Shown: piece by piece, positions 42,761-47,461 of the stretch
How the letters are laid out: every line of letters begins with the position of its first letter
Numbering within the stretch: the first letter of the stretch is position 1
From: Prasinococcaceae sp. CCMP 1430
Lineage: Eukaryota; Plantae; Prasinodermophyta
Direction of reading: 5' to 3'
DNA length: 47,461 nt
Assembly (NCBI GenBank): GCA_013416795.1
Contig: RQSC01000008.1
Location: 195,996 to 243,456, forward strand
The notes under the pieces: generated by a model
The model's input: the letters and a program-made list of their open reading frames with translations, nothing else
What the model was told of the DNA's origin: nothing
Databases searched by the model: none
Position numbers and translations under genes: made by a program

Positions 42761-42990
42761 CGGCCGCGCAACGGATATGTAACATGCTCGTGTATCATTC
42801 GAACGATGTCGCCCGGACGCCGCCCGCGCACTGCTGGCGCGCGCGCGCCCAGCAACGACGGCCCTCGCTCGCTAGCACTCGCAAGAGGCCCGCCACAGCG
42901 GGAAGGCGTTGAATGGTCGTGTTACATGGTGTGTGGCACGCACACGCAGAAGTACAAGCCGCACGCGAGGCCGCCGGGTGCGGGTGCCAG

Positions 42991-43554
42991 TCAGAGCTCG
43001 CCGCGCGCGTCTGCCTCTGCTTCCATCAGGCCGCCCCCCCCGGCCCCCCCGAGCTCGCCGGCAGCCTCGAGCGCTCGGCACCTCTCGAGGCGCGCCGCGT
43101 TGCGCTTGGACACGCGCGCCTGGGTCGCCTGCCGCTCGCGCTCGGTCATCTCTGCCCAGTTGTCAATGCGCCGCATCGAGCAGTCCGTGTTGACAATGAT
43201 GGGCCCCAGTTCGGTGAGAGCGACCTTCTCGCCGAACCTGCAGCCGCGGCGCGCGGCGGGCGCGGTCAGCGCGGGCGCACGCGCAGATGCGACGAACGAT
43301 CGCTCGCTCGCGCGCGCACATGGGTGGCCACGCGCACGCACTTGAGAGGGATGCCACGCTCGCTCACGTCCGGCAGCTCACCCGCATGCTGAGGGGCGCC
43401 AGACTCGCGCGCCGACACGTCCGCGGCGGCGCCTGCCTCTAGACCTCGTGCTCACAGAGCTCTGTCGGCGCCCCCCGTCTCACGGCACCGCTGGTGGGTA
43501 CACGCACGCACCCGGATGCACCCCCACGAGCTTGGTCAGACGTCCCACCTGCAT
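42991..43554 (-). CDS. Small conserved hypothetical protein (LGPIIVN..RIDNWAEMTERE type); intron 43238-43341; 5' end uncertain
   Basis: GIPLK|FGEKVALTELGPIIVNTDCSMRRIDNWAEMTERERQATQARVSKRNAARL; canonical splice sites; minus-strand TGTAA at 42922-42926. Confidence 0.7.
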
Positions 43555-43981
43555 GAGCAGACGCACTCGTGGCCTCGCTGCGTTGCGCGCGCCCGCCCCG
43601 ACCCTCAGGGTCGCGGAGCCCGGCGCGCTCGCCTATCTCGGTCGGCGCGCTCTGCAGGTCCTCGCGCATGGGGGGCATCTCAGCTGTCGAGCGCGTCCCG
43701 GACGCGCCTGCGCCAGCATTGACAGCAACAACTCATGCGTGACGGAGGAGACGCAAATGTTGTTATCAATGTTCGGCATGGGACACATTTTCGCCAGAAT
43801 ATTCCTCGCAGCGCACATGTGTGCTCAACACCTGCGACGTGGCCCGGCGGGTGGTGGGGGGGTGCCACACCGGCGGCGGCGGGCGCAAGCAGAGGGGGCC
43901 TCGGCGCGCGCTGGCTGGTCCCGGCGACGGCGGTGGCAGCGGGTCGCGTCGCGGTGCAAGCGCGCACTGTGAAGCGCGATC

Positions 43982-45484
43982 ATGGCGGTGGCGAGCGCGC
44001 CTAGCGCGCCGCCGCCACCACCGCCCGGTGCAGTGCGCCTCGCGACGGTGAACGTGCGCTCCGTGTGCGACCGCTGGATGCAGCGCCGCCCGCTCCTGCG
44101 CGCGCGGCTCGCTGAGCTCGACGCGGATGTACTCGCCATGCAGGAGGTGCTCACTGGATCGTACGGCCAGGATCGGGCGCTGCTACAAGTGGGGGCCCAC
44201 GACCTTCGCACGCACGGGCAGGAAAGGTCGCGGGAAACGGCGAAGGCCGACAGTGGCGAAGTTGGTCGCGCGAAGAGTGAGAGCAGCGACCACGGCGAAC
44301 TAGACGAGGTGCGCGCTCGAACTGCAGGCCGAGGCTCCGACTCGGTGACGGGGTATCAGACTGTGCTCGGATGCCGCGCGGCGCTGCATGCGCTCCGCGC
44401 CGAGAAGCGCTGGTACTGGGTGATAATTGCAGGACCCTACGGCCTGGTACAGCTCATTGGCTCCGCGGTCATGAGGCCGTTGCCCGCCGCCATCGAGATT
44501 CTGCGCGAGAGGCTCGCAGCAGGCAGCGGGCGAATGTGCGGTAGGCTTTTGGCCGAGCTCCTGCTCCCTCTGAGGCAGATCGTGTTTCTGCCGTGGTACG
44601 GCAACTCGATCGCTGTGCGCGGCGCCGAGCTTGTGCCAGATGGTTCCTCATTGGAGCCACTTGCAAGTGCAGGCCAGCGAATCGCAGAGGACGGCGAGGT
44701 GGATGGGCCGGCCGTCGTGCGTCCAGTGGTCGGCACGCATGACTTGCTAAGCATAGGCCACATGCGCAGCGCGCACCGAGTGCTCTGCGTTGTGCCGGAC
44801 GACCGAGTAGCGCGCACCGAAAAGCGCGCCCATGACCGGTCGCCGGGCGTCAGCAATGTCGCCGGGCGAGGAGTCGAGCGTCCGCAGCAGGACGCCTCGG
44901 CCTCGGCTGGTACGAGTCATCCCCGGCGCATGTGGGTGGTGAATTGCCACCTGCATCATGACAGCGATGCGCCAGAGGTGCGCGTGCGTCAGCTGCAGAG
45001 CGTACTGGACTGGCTGGACGCCGCCGAGCACGAGCAGCCCTCCGACGCCACGGTGCTGATGGGTGACCTCAACGCCTCGCCTGACGAGCCTGCGCTCGCG
45101 CTGCTGCGCGACGCGGGATTCTGGTCGGCGCATGCGGCCGCCAACAACGGCCACGAGCCGAAGGCTACATACCCATCTGGCATCGAGGCCCCGCTCACAG
45201 ACCAGGACCCGCCCGCGACGATCGACTACATTTTCGTTCGCGGCGCGGCGCGCTGCGTCGGCGCGCATGTGGTACTTACGCGCCCTGACGACGACGACCC
45301 GACGCTGTTTGCTTCCGACCACTTCGGCATCATGGCAGGTGCGTGAGCGCGCGCGCGAACGTGTCTGACACGCACCCGTACGTAGCGGCGCTGTCGATGC
45401 TGACAGCGCGCGCCCTGCTGCAATTCTCGTCGGATGCGCCGTCGCAATACACAAGACATTGAGATGCGCACCCCAGATCTGTGA
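43982..45484 (+). CDS. Endonuclease/exonuclease/phosphatase (EEP, DNase I-like) family protein; probable terminal intron 45339-45455
   Basis: RLATVNV, DADVLAMQEV, VVNCHLH, LMGDLNA, TIDYIFV, ASDHFGI metal/catalytic motifs. G|GTGCGT donor; splicing gives ..ADIEMRTPDL*. Confidence 0.88.
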
Positions 45485-45614
45485 TCTGCACATCCTTTGC
45501 TGCTGCGATGCGTGCGTGATGCAGTGAAGTGCTGGTATGAGAACAGATTACTGTACAACAATAGAGGCCAGCAACGCGCGCGCGCGCGCGCGCCTCTCAG
45601 CGGCCCGAGGCGGC

Positions 45615-46949
45615 TCAGCCCGCCAAGTCCCCTAGCATGTCGAGCACACCCGCGAACTGCTCGCGAGCCTCAGCCTTGGTCCGATCGCCTTCAACAGCGT
45701 CTGCGACGTCATTACCGTCGCTCCCGCTATCAGAGCCGATGCCTCCCTTCCTATCGCTGCCATGAATGACGTCAGCGGCGCCATCAGAGCCGTCGGTTTC
45801 TCCTCCGGCGTGGACGGTGGGCAACGGTGGCGCATGCGACTGCTCCCGTGCCGCCGCCGGATGCGCGTCCCCTACTCTCCATGGTGGCGGAGGCAGGCCC
45901 TCGTCGGGGACGTCGCCCAGGGCGCGTGGCTCCCACGAGTCGCAGAGGGTCCATGGGCCGTGTGACGTTGGCGGCTGCCGTTTGCGCTTCTTGCCTTTTG
46001 CACCACTCTGCGAGCGAGCGCGCGCAGCGGCGAGAAGACGCGCATGCGCCTGCTCGGCCGCTGCGAGCGCGTCGCCACTGTCGCCATCTCCGTTGCCTCC
46101 GCCCGCCTCACCCGCAACGGTCTGAGCCGACCCTCCCGCGTCGAGTCGCTCCGCCGCTGCCGCCGCCGCCTCCAGAGCGTCCGCCTCGGCCTTCCGGTCG
46201 GCGTCAAAGTGCGCATCGGCCGCCGCGCGCAGCTGCGCAGCCCACCGCGAACTGCGCGCGCGGCCAGCGCCGATGGCCCCGCAGCGGCCTTCTAGCAACG
46301 CCTGTGCCCACCACGCGAGCTCTGCGACATCCGACTGGGTGGATGCCTCGGCTGCGGCGACGGGGTCCGCGGCGAGCGCCACGGCCTCCTCGGCGAGGCA
46401 GGGAACAAGCTGCGGTCGTCGCACGGCCGCTGCACGCAACGCAGCGACGAGGCCCTCCGTCTCGCTACCTGAGGGTACTAGGCCGTCACGGGCAAGAAGC
46501 GCACGCGCGGCGAAACGCCCGTCCGCCCCGATGGCCTCGGCGAGCGCGCTCGCGTCCACGTCTGCACCCGCGTCCGCGTCTGCGCCGCGGTCGCCCGCAG
46601 CGGCGGCGGCCGCGCGCAGCTCGGAGCGCAGCTTGCTGCCGGCGGCGCGCAACGCCGCGAGCTGCTCACCCCAGTACCGCTCGGCGAGCCACACCATTGC
46701 CTGGCGCGCGGCATCCTCGAGCTGCGCCGTGCCAGGCAGCACGTTGTGCGTCGCCTCGTGGCGTACGTCCACGACAGCGCGCGGGAGCCCTGCGGCAGCC
46801 GCGAGCGCTGCGACGGGTTGCGCGTGCCGCCGCGTCTGCTGCGCGTCGGCGACGGCATTGGCGAGGCGCGCGAGCGCCATGGCGGTGGCGAGCCGCCACG
46901 AATGCGCGCTCGCCGCACTCGCGTGCCCGGTGGCGCGCTCCGTGAGTAG
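45615..46949 (-). CDS. LAS1: Las1 HEPN endoribonuclease (pre-rRNA ITS2 processing); N-terminus lost at N46950
   Basis: WRLATAMALARLANAVAD, LAAAAGLPRAVVDVRHEATHNVLP (RxxxxH HEPN), MVWLAERYWGEQ and a C-terminal W..CDSWEPRALG. Confidence 0.9.
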   Translation of the reverse strand, partial: LLTERATGHASAASAHSWRLATAMALARLANAVADAQQTRRHAQPVAALAAAAGLPRAVVDVRHEATHNVLPGTAQLEDAARQAMVWLAERYWGEQLAALRAAGSKLRSELRAAAAAAGDRGADADAGADVDASALAEAIGADGRFAARALLARDGLVPSGSETEGLVAALRAAAVRRPQLVPCLAEEAVALAADPVAAAEASTQSDVAELAWWAQALLEGRCGAIGAGRARSSRWAAQLRAAADAHFDADRKAEADALEAAAAAAERLDAGGSAQTVAGEAGGGNGDGDSGDALAAAEQAHARLLAAARARSQSGAKGKKRKRQPPTSHGPWTLCDSWEPRALGDVPDEGLPPPPWRVGDAHPAAAREQSHAPPLPTVHAGGETDGSDGAADVIHGSDRKGGIGSDSGSDGNDVADAVEGDRTKAEAREQFAGVLDMLGDLAG

Positions 46950-46950
46950 N

Positions 46951-47461
46951 GCCGCGCGCCGCTGCCGCCGCGCCGCGCGGCCGTGCGCTGTCGCGACGAC
47001 CTCGAGCGCCGATGTCGACGTCGACACCGACGAGGAGCAGAAGGACGCCGTGGAGGGTCCGGTCATCACGGGGAACCTCACCATGTCGGCCGATCAGGTG
47101 ACCAAGCTCATGACCATGGTGTGCGAGGAAACCGACCTCGCGCAGGTCGACGTGACGCTCGGAGGGTACAGCTTCCACATGAAGCGCAAGGTACGTGGCG
47201 CGGCGCGCCTGTGTTGGACATGCGCACCTGCGCCACGCATCGCCCAAGTGTCTGTGGCGGCTCGTGCGATCCGGCCCGCGCGATCCCGTCGCGGGCCTGG
47301 AACGCGCGCGCGCGCGCTTCCCCGACCGCTGCGCCACGCGTGCGACTGGTCCCAGCATGCGCTGACCGTGCTCGCGTGCGTTCGTGCTCGTGCTGGCGGC
47401 GCCTGCGGTCACCAGGCCGGCGCTGGCAAGGCGGCGGCCGCTGCTGCGGCACCCGCGCCCG
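46951..47461 (+). CDS. Plastid BCCP/BADC-family protein (acetyl-CoA carboxylase biotin-carrier-like), partial at both ends; intron 47191-47415
   Basis: Transit-like AARRCRRAARP, QVTKLMTMVCEETDLAQVDVTLGGYSFHMKRK, AAG|GTACGT donor, then an Ala/Pro linker AGAGKAAAAAAAPAP. Not in the supplied ORF track. Confidence 0.8.

Noticed and set aside
45615-47084. Apparent antisense overlap or long N-terminal extension of LAS1 into the BCCP-like gene
   Set aside because: The junction is N46950; the extension is simply the antisense of BCCP-like coding sequence.

Overview
GC-rich, gene-dense eukaryotic nuclear DNA from a green alga. Evidence: plastid-targeted TrpB, FLU-like, DUF3119, BCCP/BADC and organellar PolA genes; short GT-AG introns with GTGCG/GTACG donors and CTGAC branch points; TGTAA poly(A) signals. 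A prasinophyte-grade lineage is an inference. About 23 protein genes or gene fragments: MOR1/XMAP215 (5'-partial), RAD1, a secreted Cys/His protein, RIT1, ARP4, an RNI-like LRR protein, organellar DNA polymerase (POP), VPS8, FLU-like, a CCCH-finger/methyltransferase, a GT31 galactosyltransferase, DUF3119, TrpB, SYP81, a CS-domain protein, HPPD, a divergent cyclin, a CDK inhibitor, a truncated inverted GT31 copy, a flavin reductase, a conserved orphan, an EEP hydrolase, LAS1 and BCCP/BADC (3'-partial). There is one ~0.9 kb N gap and four single Ns, at least one of which hides missing sequence. No rRNA, tRNA, CRISPR or transposase was recognised. Best lead: a CDK inhibitor at 38.9-39.2 kb combines the animal Cip/Kip RxLFG cyclin-docking motif and W-x-F-D with the plant KRP/ICK helix at p27-like spacing. 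It lies tail-to-tail with an atypical cyclin that keeps the RxL-docking patch. All family calls come from motif recognition by eye, not database searches.
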